DNA from: Heterodontus francisci
Taxonomy: Eukaryota
Direction of reading: 5' to 3'
Assembly (NCBI RefSeq): GCF_036365525.1
Contig: NC_090399.1
Coordinates: 46,284,430-46,348,429 of the forward strand
DNA length: 64,000 bases
Made by a program: the position numbers and the translations under genes. The first letter of the stretch is position 1. Each line of letters opens with the position of its first letter. A model generated the notes under the pieces. It was not told the origin of the DNA. It worked only from the letters and a program-made list of their open reading frames with translations, and searched no databases. Positions 63,681 through 64,000 of the stretch are shown in pieces.

Positions 63681-64000
63681 TGTGTTGTAGCTTCACCAGG
63701 TTGACAGCTCATTTTGCAGTATGCCTGGTGATGCTCCTGGCATGCCCTCCTCCACTCTTCTTTGAACCAGGGTTGGTCTCCTGGCTTGATGGTAATGGTA
63801 GAGTGGGGGATATGCCTGGCCATGAGGTGAGATTATGGTTGAGTACAATTCTGCTGATGGCCCACAGCGCCTCATGGATGCCCAGTTTTGCATTGCGAGA
63901 TCTGTTAGAAATCTATCCCATTTAGCACGGTGGTAGTGCCACACAACACGATGGATGGTATCCTCAATGTGAAGGTGGGACTTCATCTCCAAGGACTGTG
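63681..64000 (-). mobile_element. Non-LTR retrotransposon ORF2 fragment (endonuclease-RT linker; CR1/L2/Crack-like group)
   Basis: Minus frames RVVWHYHRAKWDRFLTDLAMQNW and RHIPHSTITIKPGDQPWFKEEWRRAC resemble the YxxAxW...IP...PW linker of CR1-group ORF2. The clade cannot be resolved from 320 bp. Confidence 0.7.

Noticed and set aside
63199-63823. ORFs spanning the N run
   Set aside because: Artefacts of translating through the gap. The two sides are different LINE families on opposite strands.

Overview
Eukaryotic (vertebrate) genomic DNA, most likely from a shark or ray; this is inferred from the CR1 3' end and the MHC exon motifs. Bases 1-~56,484 are one uninterrupted purine-rich minisatellite: a 19-bp monomer [CAC|AAT]AGGGGAAA[C|G]AGAGAGA plus a 17-bp variant CACAGGGGAAACAGAGT. 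It is organised in nested higher-order repeats of 0.24-4.8 kb that change in layers along the array. All ORFs in the array are repeat artefacts. To the right lie a 5'-truncated CR1 LINE (minus strand), a decayed remnant of the same satellite and a degenerate ~21-bp AGCT-rich repeat. Next comes a spliceable minus-strand exon at 59,454-59,715 encoding an MHC class I alpha-1 domain (GSHSL...LPEF...YLD...YD...W...NQT). It lacks the classical peptide-anchoring residues and carries an apparent 1-bp frameshift. The ORF track shows only its 3' part. Its downstream intron would run into the satellite: no alpha-2 exon is visible in the 59 kb that follow. The rest of the window is decayed LINEs (old CR1 3' end, CR1 5'UTR plus esterase ORF1, RTE-clade ORF2), a 200-N gap and another LINE ORF2 fragment.
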